Numbered from the stretch's first letter, positions 37,079 through 47,602 are shown. The stretch: DNA of 64,000 nucleotides from an uncultured delta proteobacterium (GCA_963696385.1 CAVOKF010000003.1:544001-608000); one strand, 5' to 3'. Translations and numbers: made by a program. The notes: a model not told the origin generated them from the letters alone.

Positions 37079-38072
37079 AACGCCGGCGGTCCTTATCTTC
37101 GTCGCCATCGTCGTAGCGGCACGGAGCGCAGGCGGGTACTGCCGGACGTCGACGTGTACCCTGCCGGCGGACTATTCGCCTTCGGTGGAGGGCGAATGCT
37201 ACCCCACCGATTTCGTTGCAACGTGCCAGGCCCAAACGACCCCCGTCACCCCGGTTCCGCTCTGGTGGCGAAACGCGTGCGTCAGCTACGACATTCAACA
37301 GAATGCGAGCCTCCAGGTCCCTTACGATACGGCTGCACTGCTCGCCGCCGAAGCGTTCTCGAAGTGGACAGAAACGATCTGCCAAACCGCTGGAGGCTGG
37401 GGTCGCGTCAGCATCGACGCCCGCGATCTCGGACCCGTGAGCTGCGACCAGGTGCAGTACAATTCGGACCAAGGAAATCAGCACGTCATCATCTTTCGAG
37501 ACGACGGTTCGAGCGATTTCGACACGATTAACACACTCGGGTTGACGACCGTGACCTTCGACCCCACCACGGGCGAGATCTACGACGCCGACATGGAGAT
37601 CAACAGCAGCGTGACGCTCGCCATCGGCGACCCGGTGCCCGCGGATGGGTACGATTTTCAGAGCATCATTACGCACGAAGCCGGCCACTTCCTGGGACTG
37701 GCGCATTCGGTGGCTACCGACACCACGATGTATGCGATCTATTCCCCCGGATCGACGAGCAAACGAATTCTGACTGCGGACGACATGGCCGGAATCTGCG
37801 CTATCTATCCTCCGGACGGCACCCGGTCGGTGGACCCCTCGGTCGCCCCGAGCGGCCAAGTGGCCCGGGACGTTTGCGATCCGACTCCGCGCCACGGCTT
37901 TCAGAGCCAGTGTGCAGAGCCGGTGAGTGCGTCCTGCAGTGCGTCACCCGTAGAGCCCTCTTCCTCGCCGGTGCCTCTCGTTTCGGGGGCCGCAGCACTC
38001 GTGAGTGCAGCCGGCGCATTCCGGCGCTGGCATCGCCGCTCAGACACGCGCGGTCGCGCGTCGTCCGGGTGA
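37068..38072 (+). CDS. Matrixin (M10-like) zinc metalloprotease with a MYXO-CTERM-like tail
   Basis: HEAGHFLGLAHS, Met-turn TTMY, DD.AGICAIYP; C-terminal SCS, hydrophobic stretch, RRWHRR. Confidence 0.9.
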   Translation: MFRETPAVLIFVAIVVAARSAGGYCRTSTCTLPADYSPSVEGECYPTDFVATCQAQTTPVTPVPLWWRNACVSYDIQQNASLQVPYDTAALLAAEAFSKWTETICQTAGGWGRVSIDARDLGPVSCDQVQYNSDQGNQHVIIFRDDGSSDFDTINTLGLTTVTFDPTTGEIYDADMEINSSVTLAIGDPVPADGYDFQSIITHEAGHFLGLAHSVATDTTMYAIYSPGSTSKRILTADDMAGICAIYPPDGTRSVDPSVAPSGQVARDVCDPTPRHGFQSQCAEPVSASCSASPVEPSSSPVPLVSGAAALVSAAGAFRRWHRRSDTRGRASSG

Positions 38073-39268
38073 GGGCCGCGCACGAGACCGTCCTGAAGTC
38101 GACATCCGCTGCGAAACCGCGGGTCGTGGCGGTCCAGGACGACTTGCAGAGCGTCGCCACGGATGCGGCCCGGGCACGATTCGTGGCGGTAGACGTCGAG
38201 GCGAGCGGCATGCACGCCTACCGCGCGCGCGCGTGCACCGTTCAATTGGCGTGGGAGGATGGCGGCCACATCGCCGTCATCGATGCCGTCGAAATGTCGA
38301 TCTCGGGTCTGTCGGATCTGTTCGGCGCGCGTGGACCGACCAAGATCGTGCACGACGTCGCATTCGATGCCCGCCTTCTCGCCGACAGTGGCCTCGAGCT
38401 GGAAGGGGTTCACGACACGGCTATCGCGGCCCGAATGCTCGGCCGGCCCGCTACCGGACTCGCCTCTCTGCTCGATTCCGAGCTCGGCCTGCGTATCGGC
38501 AAGGACATGCAGCATCACGACTGGCGACTGCGCCCGCTCGACGACCGAATGGTCGCTTATCTCGCCCAGGACGTGCAGCACCTGGAAGCGCTGCATCGAA
38601 GGCTATGGGGCGAGGTCGTCGACAAAGGCATCGATGAAGCCGTCGTCGAGGAGACGCGCTATCGCATTGCGTGCGCCATCGCGGCGGCCAGACAAGACCC
38701 TACCCTTCCGACGTATCTGCGTCTGAAAGGGGCCGATCGGCTCGGCGAGCGAGAACTCGCCGCATTGCGCGCGCTCGTGCTGCTGCGTGAACTCGAGGCG
38801 CAAGCACGCGACGTACCCCCGCACAAGGTTGCCGCCCACGAACTGGTGTTGGCGATGGCCAGCGCGAGACCCGCGACGTGGGGCGAGCTCGAACGCATAC
38901 GAGGCATCTCGATCTCACCCGAAACACGGCCGTTCTTCGAGAATGCTCTCCGTGCGCTCGCTGACGCCCACGATCGCGTGCCCGACGAGGAGCGAGCTCT
39001 CATCCATCCGGAACGGCTGCCGACGGGCATCCTCCAGGCGCGCAGGGAGCGCGAAAAGCGACTTGTCGCCTGGCGGCGCGCGGAGGCAAGACGGCGAGGG
39101 GTGGACGAACAGGTCGTGCTTCCGGGGCATTGCCTCAAGACCGCCACGGCGGCGGAGATCGCGACCGTGGAGGCGCTCGCGACCGTCCCCGGTATCGGTG
39201 CATTTCGAATCCGGCGCGACGGCGAAGCGATTGTCGCAGCGTTGATCGGCGACGGGGCACCCGCGTGA
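38069..39268 (+). CDS. rnd: Ribonuclease D family (DEDDy exonuclease plus HRDC)
   Basis: AVDVE, HDVAFD, DT..AA, DWRLRPL, YLAQDV; HRDC-like C-terminus. Confidence 0.88.
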   Translation: MRAAHETVLKSTSAAKPRVVAVQDDLQSVATDAARARFVAVDVEASGMHAYRARACTVQLAWEDGGHIAVIDAVEMSISGLSDLFGARGPTKIVHDVAFDARLLADSGLELEGVHDTAIAARMLGRPATGLASLLDSELGLRIGKDMQHHDWRLRPLDDRMVAYLAQDVQHLEALHRRLWGEVVDKGIDEAVVEETRYRIACAIAAARQDPTLPTYLRLKGADRLGERELAALRALVLLRELEAQARDVPPHKVAAHELVLAMASARPATWGELERIRGISISPETRPFFENALRALADAHDRVPDEERALIHPERLPTGILQARREREKRLVAWRRAEARRRGVDEQVVLPGHCLKTATAAEIATVEALATVPGIGAFRIRRDGEAIVAALIGDGAPA

Positions 39269-40404
39269 CGTCGCTGCTGGTGGTAGCGGGCGAGGCGTCC
39301 GGAGATCGCGCAGCGGCTGCCGTCGTGGGACGGTTGAACGGCGTCCAGGCGTTCGGCCTGGGCGGCCCAGCTCTCGCCGAACAAGGGGTCGAACTGGTGA
39401 GCGACCTTCGCTCCTCGACGGCACTGGGCGTCGGCGAAACCGCCGTCCGCGCGTGGCACGTGCTCAGGGCTTGGCGGGCGGTCCTCCAGGCATCGCGGCG
39501 CCGCCGCCCGTGCGCTGCGCTCCTCGTCAACTACAGCGAGTTCAATACTCACGTCGCCCGACGCCTTCACGCGATGGACGTTCGGGTCGTCTGGTACGGC
39601 GCCCCCCAAGTGTGGGCCTGGCGCCCGCGCCGCGTCACCACGTTGGGTCCCTTCGTAGACCGCATGGCGGTCGTACTGCCGTTCGAGGAACGCATCTGGC
39701 GCGAGGCAGGAGTCGACGCGCGCTACGTGGGACATCCGGCGCTCGAGGCGAACGCGCTCGACCGCGAGAGCGCGCGACGCGCGCTTGCCATGACGCCTTA
39801 CGCGGCCGCGATCGCCGTTCTACCCGGGAGCCGGCCGCATGAGGCGCGCCAGTTGCTCGAGCCCATGCTCGAAGCCTACGACCGCGTTCGGTCCAATCGC
39901 GCCAGCATCGATGCGCGCGTCCTGATTGCACCCAGCCTCGACGACTCAACCCGCCGCTGGGTGCGACGGCGCGCCTCGGAGCGACGCGTGCCGACGTTTG
40001 ATGTTTCGCCGCAGGCAGGCGCATCTCGCGTCCTGCGAGCGTTCGACGCAGCGCTCTGTGCTTCAGGTACCGCGTCGCTCGAGGCGACGCTCGCGCGAGC
40101 CGTGCCCATCGTCGCTTATCGCGTTGGACTCACCACCGAGATCGCGGCACGACTTTGGGTGCGGACGGCCAACGTGGCCCTGCCAAACGTCGTGCTCGGC
40201 CGCAGAGTCTTCGCCGAGCTACTCCAGCGGGAAGCTCGAGCTCGCGACATGGCCGACGCGGTCGCCGATGCGCTCGATCGACGGCCGGGGTTCGTGGCCG
40301 CCTGCGACGAGGTGGAGGCGGTATTGGGTACCCAGCACACGCCATCGATCGCGGTCGCAGAGATGCTAGCGCCATGGCTCGGCAAGAGCAGCCATGCGGG
40401 CTGA
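39265..40404 (+). CDS. lpxB: Lipid-A-disaccharide synthase
   Basis: AGEASGD, PQVWAWR, LPFE, VGHP, LPGSR, SGTASLE, LPN, ELLQ. Confidence 0.93.
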   Translation: MTSLLVVAGEASGDRAAAAVVGRLNGVQAFGLGGPALAEQGVELVSDLRSSTALGVGETAVRAWHVLRAWRAVLQASRRRRPCAALLVNYSEFNTHVARRLHAMDVRVVWYGAPQVWAWRPRRVTTLGPFVDRMAVVLPFEERIWREAGVDARYVGHPALEANALDRESARRALAMTPYAAAIAVLPGSRPHEARQLLEPMLEAYDRVRSNRASIDARVLIAPSLDDSTRRWVRRRASERRVPTFDVSPQAGASRVLRAFDAALCASGTASLEATLARAVPIVAYRVGLTTEIAARLWVRTANVALPNVVLGRRVFAELLQREARARDMADAVADALDRRPGFVAACDEVEAVLGTQHTPSIAVAEMLAPWLGKSSHAG

Positions 40405-40410
40405 TTCGTC

Positions 40411-41904
40411 GTGATCGCACCGGTCAAGGCCAACATCGAGTGCGCATGGCTCGCTGCGGTGTCCGTGGTGCTCATGGCCGTGCGCGCCTACGCTGCGACG
40501 CGGATCGGTTTTGGGGACTCCGAAGCGCTGTACGCGAGCTATGCACTTCACGCCCAGCCCGCCTACCTCGACCATCCCGGTCTCGTAGGAATATTTGCGC
40601 GCGCTCTAGGGGCAGGCGCACCTCCCACCCCCGCAAGCGCTCACCTCGCGACCGCGGCACTCGCCACGGCGGCGCCCTGGGTCATGGCGCTCGCCTGCCG
40701 CGCAGCCGGTGCGTCGTGGCGACGCTCGTTCGGAACCGCCTTGGTCGTGGCACTCGTCCCGGAGATGGCGATCGGGCTATTTGCCATGACGCCCGATCTG
40801 TTGTTGTCGCTCGCATGGACCGGCAGCCTCGGCTTCGCTGCATTCGCCATGTGTGCGGCGCCGGGAAGCGCGCGCGCCACGCTGGGCTTTGGGGCGGCCG
40901 GTCTTCTCGCCGGCATCGCTGCGGCGTCGAAGGTCAGCGGCTTGCTGCTATTGCCCGCCCTCGCTGTCGCCTACGCCCTGCGTCCGGCGCGCTGTCACGC
41001 GCGTACGGCGGCGCCCTGGGCGGGCCTCGCGGCGGGGCTCGTCGTCGTCTTGCCCATCGCGGCGTTCGAATCGCGTACGGGCTGGCCGATGATCCGGCAT
41101 CGCCTCGTCGACACGCAGCTCGCTGCCGGGCTTTCGCTGCGTAACGCTGGCGCGCTCATCGGGGGTCAGCTCGCTTACCTATCTCCTCTCGTCATCGCGC
41201 TCTTCGCATACGCGGGCCGCGCGCTGTGGCGAGAGCGCAACGAACCCGTCGGCGGACTTCTGCTGGCAAGCTGCGCGCTGCCCGCGGCCGTGCTGGTACC
41301 GTTGTGCCTCTGGAGCCGCGTCGCCGAACCGCACTGGCTAGCGCCCGCCTGGCTCGCGCTCGCGCCAGCCGCCGCGCGCGCCCGACAGCCCGTTCCCAGA
41401 CGCCTCGTCGTGGCCGCCGTTGCGCTCGGCGCATGCATGATCGCACTGGTACACGCTTGGGTGCTCATTCCTGCCGTCTCGAACCTCGCGCCCGCCTCGT
41501 GCGATCCGCGCCTGGACATCACCCACGAGCTTTACGGCTGGGACGTCGTCGCGGCCGAGGTCCGAGCGGAAGTCCGCGAGGCCGAAATCCCCGGCTCGCC
41601 CCGAGGAGACGTCGTCGTCGTCGGCCCTCACTGGATCGTCTGCGCACAGGTCGAAGCGGCCATACGCGGTGACGTCCCGGTCGGCTGCGATACGCCGGTC
41701 GACGATGACTTCGACACGTGGTGGCCGCGCAAGCGCTGGCGTGCGGCCGACACCATCGTCTGGGTCACGGACACGCGCTTCAATCCACCGCCCACCCTTG
41801 GCTCCTACGCGGAATTGCGTAGGCGCCAAATCCGCATTCGGCGCGGCGGACGCGTCATTCGAGTCTTCACCGTCGCGACACTCTCGCGTCGAGCAGCCGC
41901 TTAG
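40411..41904 (+). CDS. GT-C (GT39/ArnT-like) membrane glycosyltransferase
   Basis: DSEALY, YLDHP, TPD, SK, PHW motifs; many TMs. Confidence 0.85.
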   Translation: MIAPVKANIECAWLAAVSVVLMAVRAYAATRIGFGDSEALYASYALHAQPAYLDHPGLVGIFARALGAGAPPTPASAHLATAALATAAPWVMALACRAAGASWRRSFGTALVVALVPEMAIGLFAMTPDLLLSLAWTGSLGFAAFAMCAAPGSARATLGFGAAGLLAGIAAASKVSGLLLLPALAVAYALRPARCHARTAAPWAGLAAGLVVVLPIAAFESRTGWPMIRHRLVDTQLAAGLSLRNAGALIGGQLAYLSPLVIALFAYAGRALWRERNEPVGGLLLASCALPAAVLVPLCLWSRVAEPHWLAPAWLALAPAAARARQPVPRRLVVAAVALGACMIALVHAWVLIPAVSNLAPASCDPRLDITHELYGWDVVAAEVRAEVREAEIPGSPRGDVVVVGPHWIVCAQVEAAIRGDVPVGCDTPVDDDFDTWWPRKRWRAADTIVWVTDTRFNPPPTLGSYAELRRRQIRIRRGGRVIRVFTVATLSRRAAA

Positions 41905-42002
41905 GCACAACGGCCCACGCACCCAAAGGCGGCGAGCCCGAATTCGTCTTTGTCCGCTTCGTGGGTAGGGATCCTCCGCAGATCGGCGGGGCGCCTCCCG
42001 AC

Positions 42003-42332
42003 TCATTGGCCCGATCGTTTCGCATTCGAATCGAACCAGGGCAGGTCGCCATTCGTTTCGATCTGCCGGTCCTCGTAGGGCGTAGCGACTCGCCGGTAGA
42101 ACTCGTCGGCGACGTTCTTGAACACACCGGTGACGGTTGCAATCGTGCCGTAACGGATCTGCCCGAAGCGTGCCTCGATGACCCGCATGGCGAGCGAAGT
42201 GCACGCGTAATTGAGCAGACCCGCGAACGCGGTTTCTTCCGGCATGCGATGGGCGAGCTCCGCAATGCGCTCCGACAGCTCGCGAATTGCCGGGTCGAGA
42301 GCGCTCCGGTAATCGGGTTTGACGTACGGCAT
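42003..42332 (-). CDS. Conserved hypothetical protein (DUF6899-like)
   Basis: MPYVK..R, G.LNY, EFYRR..PYED..I..NGD pattern. Confidence 0.75.
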   Translation of the reverse strand: MPYVKPDYRSALDPAIRELSERIAELAHRMPEETAFAGLLNYACTSLAMRVIEARFGQIRYGTIATVTGVFKNVADEFYRRVATPYEDRQIETNGDLPWFDSNAKRSGQ

Positions 42333-42337
42333 GGTTG

Positions 42338-43306
42338 TCAGCCCGATACCGGCTCGAGCGTTCGCAGGCCCGCATCGCGGAGCAGCGCGCGGTCCCTATC
42401 GACGTCCGGATTGGGCGTCGTCAGAAGCCTGTCGCGACCGAAGAAGATCGAATTCGCGCCGGCGTACATCGCAAGGAGCTGCGCCTCGCGCGACAAATCG
42501 CTCCGGCCAGCGCTGAGCCGCACCCGCGCACGCGGCATGAGGATGCGGGCGCAGGCGACCATTCGAACGATGTCGAGTGGTTCGACCGGGGGCCCGTGCT
42601 CAAGTGGCGTCCCCGGAACGCGAACGAGCGCGTTGATCGGGACACTCTCGGGTTGAGGCTGGAGGCTCGCGAGCGTACGAAGCATCTCGCAACGGTCATC
42701 GGCGCTCTCGCCCATTCCGATGATTCCTCCAGAGCAAACTGTGATTCCGGCTGCGCGAACGGTCGCCAGCGTGCGGAGCCTATCGTCGTACGTGCGTGTC
42801 GAGATGATCGACCGGTAGTGCTCGCGACTCGTATCCAGATTATGGTTGTAGGCGTCGAGCCCCGCCTCTTTCAGTCGCGCCGCCTGGTCGTCATCCAGCA
42901 TCCCGAGCGTCGCGCACGCCTCGAGTCCCATCGCCTTTACCCCGCGAACCATCGCGAGAAGGCGATCGAACGCAGGTCCGTCCTTCACCTGGCGCCACGC
43001 TGCACCCATGCAAAAACGCGTCGACCCGTCGGCTCGAGCGCGCGCGGCGACGGCAAGCACTTCATCGACACCGAGCATCTTTTCCGACTCGGTGGACGTG
43101 GCGTAGTGGCTCGATTGGGGGCAATACGCGCAGTCTTCGGGGCAGCCGCCCGTCTTGACGCTGAGCAGCGTGCACAACTGAACGTGCCCGTCGGCATGGT
43201 GAGCGCGATGAACGACACGCGCCTGGTCGATCAGAGCAAACAAAGGGCGGCCATAGAGCTCGCGCACGAAAGCGCTCGTCGGGCCGCCCGAAGGGGAGAT
43301 GGTCAT
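42338..43306 (-). CDS. bioB: Biotin synthase
   Basis: [42 protein letters not shown]. Confidence 0.97.
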   Translation of the reverse strand: MTISPSGGPTSAFVRELYGRPLFALIDQARVVHRAHHADGHVQLCTLLSVKTGGCPEDCAYCPQSSHYATSTESEKMLGVDEVLAVAARARADGSTRFCMGAAWRQVKDGPAFDRLLAMVRGVKAMGLEACATLGMLDDDQAARLKEAGLDAYNHNLDTSREHYRSIISTRTYDDRLRTLATVRAAGITVCSGGIIGMGESADDRCEMLRTLASLQPQPESVPINALVRVPGTPLEHGPPVEPLDIVRMVACARILMPRARVRLSAGRSDLSREAQLLAMYAGANSIFFGRDRLLTTPNPDVDRDRALLRDAGLRTLEPVSG

Positions 43307-43381
43307 GCGATGCGCGGGAGATTAGCAGACGGATTCGCTTCGATTGGGCTATGGTGCGCGCCTGGTGGGGGGAACTGCTTC

Positions 43382-43741
43382 ATGCCTACGGTTCTTCTCG
43401 TCGACGACTCGCCTTTGGTGCGCCTAGCGCTCGGGAGACGCCTGGTCGCCGAGGGGTTCGCCGTTCGTGAGGCGCAGTCCGTTCAAAGTGCGCGAGCGAG
43501 CGAGGCGAGCGCTACCGTCGCGCCGGCTTGCGCCGTTCTCGATCTGCAGCTTCCTGACGGAGATGGCACCATGCTGGCCGCTGCCCTCGCCGCCAAGCAT
43601 CCCGGGATCCCCGTGGCATTCTTCACGGCGGGCTGCGTCCCGTCGCTCATGGAATGCGCACGAGGAAGGGGCCCCGTCTTCATCAAGCCCGACGACAAGC
43701 TGGTCATCGCGTGGGTAAGGCGGGTGCTGCGCCCGAGTTAG
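43382..43741 (+). CDS. Single-domain response regulator
   Basis: VLLVDDS, LDLQLPDGDG, FFT, KP. Confidence 0.85.
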   Translation: MPTVLLVDDSPLVRLALGRRLVAEGFAVREAQSVQSARASEASATVAPACAVLDLQLPDGDGTMLAAALAAKHPGIPVAFFTAGCVPSLMECARGRGPVFIKPDDKLVIAWVRRVLRPS

Positions 43742-43938
43742 CCTCCGCCTACGAAGTGAACGATCTCCACGATGTCGCCCGCAACCACCGGGCGCGTGAC
43801 GTGGTCAACGCGAAGCACGACGGCCCCGTTGATCTCGACCGCGACCGGCCCTTCTGTGAACCCCAGATGACGCACGAGCGCGCGAACCGTCATGCCGTCG
43901 GGGACGTCTCGGAGCGTACCGTTGACCGTGATTTGCAT
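43738..43938 (-). CDS. thiS: Sulfur carrier protein ThiS
   Basis: ITVNG, VAVEING, GDIVEIVHFVGGG. Alternative start 43956 overlaps the coaBC stop. Confidence 0.93.
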   Translation of the reverse strand: MQITVNGTLRDVPDGMTVRALVRHLGFTEGPVAVEINGAVVLRVDHVTRPVVAGDIVEIVHFVGGG

Positions 43939-43952
43939 CGTCGAAAAGACGT

Positions 43953-45161
43953 TCATAGCAAAAGGCGCGCCCGCACGCGGTCGAGGATGATGTCGGCGAG
44001 CTCCCCCTTCGGCATCGTCCGCAATGGTTCGATCGCTCCCGCTGCAACGATCGTCGCGCGGTTGTCGTCGAGGCCGAACGAGTTGTCGGCTTCGTTCGCC
44101 ACGACGAAGTCGACGCGCTTTTCAACGAGTTTGCGGGAAGCTGACGCGACGAGCGCCTCGCCGCCATCGGTTTCGACAGCGAATGCGACAAGCACGGGTC
44201 GCCTTCCGCCTGTTCGCGCGACGCCAATTTCGGCGATGAGATCCGGATTCTTGACGAGATCGATCGTCACCCGTTCGTGGGTCCTCTTCAGTTTGGTCGC
44301 GCATGGTTCAGTCGGGCGGTAGTCGGCCACCGCGGCCGCCATCACCAGCGCGTCGGTGCCCGACAGGTCGGCGCCCGTCGCCTGCCAGAGCGCCGCGCGC
44401 ATGGCGTTTGCGTCGCGAACATCGACGCGGCGCACGCCTTGCGGCGTCTGCAGCTGCACGGGGCCGGCGATCAGCGTGACGTTCGCTCCGCGTTCGGCTG
44501 CTCGCCGCGCGATCTCGAAGCCCATCCGCCCACTGGAACGATTGCCTATGAACCTCACGGGGTCGAGGTCTTCCAGGGTCGGCCCAGCCGTGACGATCAA
44601 TCGGAAACCGGACAGGTCGTGGGGCGAAAGCAAATTCGCCAGAGCCACGGCGATCTCGGCCGGATCCGCCATGCGTCCAAGCCCCATTTCGCCGGATGCC
44701 ACCGGGCCGTGTTCGGGCCCGACGAGGCTCACGCGCCGTTGCGAAGCTAGCTCCGCCACGTTGCGTTGCGTTGCCGGGTGAAGCCACATCCGCGGGTGCA
44801 TCGCTGGCGCAGCGAGCACCGGACCGCGTGCGCACAGGGCCAGCGCGGCAACCAGGTCGTCGGCGCGACCCTGAGCGAGGCGCGCAAGAACATCCGCCGT
44901 AGCGGGCACGATGGCGACGGCGTCTGCCCGCCGCGCCAGCGCCACGTGCATCTCCCCCGCAAACGACACATCCCACATATCGGCTGCTACGGGCTCTCCG
45001 CAGATGCCCGCGAGCGTGAGTGGGCCGACGAAACGCTGCGCGGACGTCGTCATGACCGGGATCACTTTGGCACCCGACGCGATGAGCAATCGAGCCAGCT
45101 CGACGGCCTTGTACGCCGCAATGCTGCCCGTCACGCAAAGGGCGATCGTCGTGCCTTTCAT
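43953..45161 (-). CDS. coaBC: Bifunctional PPC decarboxylase / PPC synthetase
   Basis: TGSIAAYK, PATA, PAM, TAGPT.E..DPVRFI.NRSSG.MG, AAVADY. Confidence 0.96.
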   Translation of the reverse strand: MKGTTIALCVTGSIAAYKAVELARLLIASGAKVIPVMTTSAQRFVGPLTLAGICGEPVAADMWDVSFAGEMHVALARRADAVAIVPATADVLARLAQGRADDLVAALALCARGPVLAAPAMHPRMWLHPATQRNVAELASQRRVSLVGPEHGPVASGEMGLGRMADPAEIAVALANLLSPHDLSGFRLIVTAGPTLEDLDPVRFIGNRSSGRMGFEIARRAAERGANVTLIAGPVQLQTPQGVRRVDVRDANAMRAALWQATGADLSGTDALVMAAAVADYRPTEPCATKLKRTHERVTIDLVKNPDLIAEIGVARTGGRRPVLVAFAVETDGGEALVASASRKLVEKRVDFVVANEADNSFGLDDNRATIVAAGAIEPLRTMPKGELADIILDRVRARLLL

Positions 45162-45252
45162 GCGGCGCTGTCTTCTAGCTTACCGCGACACGGCCCAAGG
45201 CCGGTCGGGCTTGCGACTGCCGGAGGCGCATGATACGTCGCGCCCCCTCGTC

Positions 45253-46359
45253 ATGGGCCTCGCCGTCGGAATCGTTGGCCTGCCGAACGTTGGTAAGTCG
45301 ACGCTCTTCAACGCCCTTTCGTCGGCGAAGGCCGAAGCCGCGAACTACCCGTTCTGCACAATCGAGCCGAACGTCGGCGTGGTCGCCGTACCCGACGATC
45401 GTCTGCGAGCGCTCGACGGTGTGGTCCACGCCGAACGCATCGTGCCAGCTACGATCGACTTCGTCGACATCGCCGGCCTCGTCCGAGGAGCGCATACGGG
45501 CGAAGGCTTGGGCAATCAGTTTCTGTCGCACATTCGCGAAGTCGACGCCGTCGTCCAAGTCGTGCGCTGTTTCGAAGACGAGAACGTCGTTCACGTCGAA
45601 AACCGCGTCGATCCGGTGGCCGACATCGCGACGGTCACGACCGAACTTTGCCTCAAGGATCTCGAGACCGTCACGAAGCGTGGCGATCGCGCGCGCAAAT
45701 TGCTGAAGGCCAACAGCGCGCTGGAAAGGCTCGCGGTCGAGATATGCGATGGCCTGGCGCGACACCTCGACGAGGGAGGGCCGGCGCGAACGTTCCGGGT
45801 ACCCGACCATCCGGAGGCCGCGGGGGTCGTACGGGACCTGCATCTGCTCACCGCGAAGCCCACGTTTTACGTGGCCAACGTGGACGAGGCATCGCTCGGC
45901 CAGCTCGACGCGAACAAGCACTTCCGAGCGCTCAAGAAATACGCGGATGCAGAAGGGGCGCTCGTCGCCCCCATCTGCGCAGCACTCGAGGCGCAGATCG
46001 CCGAGCTCGATCCCGCCGACCGTCCCGAGTTCCTTGCGGGCGCCGGCCTCCGAGAGCCAGGCCTTTACGCGGTCGTGAGGACCGCCTTCGAGCTCTTGGG
46101 TCTCATCACGTTCTTCACCGCCGGAAAGCAGGAGGTACGTGCCTGGACAGTCCGCCGAGGCGCAAAGGCTCCTCAGGCCGCCGGAGTCATCCATACCGAC
46201 TTCGAGAAGGGCTTCATTAAGGCCGAGGTGATCTGGTGGGAAGACTTCGTGAAGCTAGGCGGGGAGGCGAAGGCGCGAGACGCCGGCAAATTGGGAATCG
46301 AGGGAAAGGAGTACATCGTCCGTGACGGCGACGTAATGCACTTCCGCTTCAATCTCTAG
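45253..46359 (+). CDS. ychF: Ribosome-binding ATPase YchF
   Basis: GIVGLPNVGKSTLFN, ANYPFCTIEPN, DIAGLV, TGS tail DGDVMHFRFN. Confidence 0.97.
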   Translation: MGLAVGIVGLPNVGKSTLFNALSSAKAEAANYPFCTIEPNVGVVAVPDDRLRALDGVVHAERIVPATIDFVDIAGLVRGAHTGEGLGNQFLSHIREVDAVVQVVRCFEDENVVHVENRVDPVADIATVTTELCLKDLETVTKRGDRARKLLKANSALERLAVEICDGLARHLDEGGPARTFRVPDHPEAAGVVRDLHLLTAKPTFYVANVDEASLGQLDANKHFRALKKYADAEGALVAPICAALEAQIAELDPADRPEFLAGAGLREPGLYAVVRTAFELLGLITFFTAGKQEVRAWTVRRGAKAPQAAGVIHTDFEKGFIKAEVIWWEDFVKLGGEAKARDAGKLGIEGKEYIVRDGDVMHFRFNL

Positions 46360-46432
46360 ATCCGAACTTCGAGGAGATCGTTTTGGCGTGAGGCGATCGG
46401 GCCGTCGCTGCAGCGCTCTCGCCCCCGCAGCA

Positions 46433-47602
46433 TCAGGCGGCGCACAGATCGTTCAAGTCGGACGCGAGCGCGTAGTGCCATAAAAACAAATAAAGCACGA
46501 TCGACCGGGGCGGTCGTTGAACCCCACTTCGTTGCTTGGCGCTCGCAACCTCTCGAGGAACGAGGATCAAGGCCCAGTACCAATTGTAGATTGGAACGAA
46601 TAGCGGCCACCAGACGAACGTCTCGCTCCGCGTCACGGACTTGAGCTCGTTCGCCATGACAATGGCGAGCACGAGCGACCAGACGGCTCCGGCCAAGGTG
46701 ACGAGCGCGCCCAAGATCCCAAGCGCGGGACTCAGCAGCGAAAGGACGCCATTCAGAATGGCGCCGGCGAACATGACGGCAACGGGCAGAACGAACGTCA
46801 GAAGCGCATTCCGTCGGGTCGGCCCAGCGCCCCAGCCCGTCCCCAGACCCAGAGCCGCCAACGACGACGACGTCGGTTGCGAGTACGGCATCATGGTCCC
46901 CAATCCGCCTGCGGACGCGCCCACCCCTCCGGGTTGCGGGACGTAGCCTCCGGGACCCGCACCCCCATACGGACCGGGCGCAACGGGGAAAGCGTAAGGG
47001 TTTCCCCCGTGGGCTTGCGGCGACGCATCCCCGGGTGGGGGCGGTCCGTACTGCCCAAAGGGGGAGGCCCCGCCTGACCCGGGCATCAACTGGGTGCCGG
47101 GCATGTGCTGGTGAGGTAAAGGGGCAGAGTAAGGCGAGCCTACCGGCGGCTGCGCTCCGAAGCCGCCCGGAAAACCTCTCGAGTCCGCTGCGACCGTTCC
47201 GCCGAGCGGGTTCACGCCCGGCTGCGGGACCGGTGGCGCGAACGCCGATGCCCCTTCGGCCGCGGAAAAGGGTCCGCGGGGGGAACCGGCCGGCGGCCCG
47301 GGAGGCGGAACGGCCGCCGACGGCGGGGCGGGCGTGAGACCCGCCATCGGCGCGACGCCGACCATCGTTCCCTTCAGCTTGTTCGGGATGGACGGCGCCC
47401 CCGCCCCCGGAGGGTGCGGCCCGAGGCCCGGACGCGGCGCCGCAGCACCCGGCGGAGGCGTACTCGACGCGGCAGCCGCTTGATTCATCATCAGCATGGT
47501 GCCCTTGAACTTCGGTGCGGCCACGCTCTTGAGGTGAAAATTGCACTTCGAACACGTTTGAGCCGCATCCGGGTTCTGCGTGCCACAGTTCGGACAGAAC
47601 AC
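46433..47602 (-). CDS. Zinc-ribbon, Pro/Gly-rich membrane protein
   Basis: GGAGG RBS then GTG FCPNCG..CSKC; long Pro/Gly linker with repeated KGTM motifs; C-terminal TM domain ending DLN. Confidence 0.8.
   Translation of the reverse strand: MFCPNCGTQNPDAAQTCSKCNFHLKSVAAPKFKGTMLMMNQAAAASSTPPPGAAAPRPGLGPHPPGAGAPSIPNKLKGTMVGVAPMAGLTPAPPSAAVPPPGPPAGSPRGPFSAAEGASAFAPPVPQPGVNPLGGTVAADSRGFPGGFGAQPPVGSPYSAPLPHQHMPGTQLMPGSGGASPFGQYGPPPPGDASPQAHGGNPYAFPVAPGPYGGAGPGGYVPQPGGVGASAGGLGTMMPYSQPTSSSLAALGLGTGWGAGPTRRNALLTFVLPVAVMFAGAILNGVLSLLSPALGILGALVTLAGAVWSLVLAIVMANELKSVTRSETFVWWPLFVPIYNWYWALILVPREVASAKQRSGVQRPPRSIVLYLFLWHYALASDLNDLCAA

Noticed and set aside
44660..44810. CoaBC has PAMH and GPVASG instead of PAMN and ACG, suggesting an inactive decarboxylase
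   Set aside because: To my knowledge Cys-less variants of this loop occur in CoaBC from other phyla, and the rest of the gene is intact.
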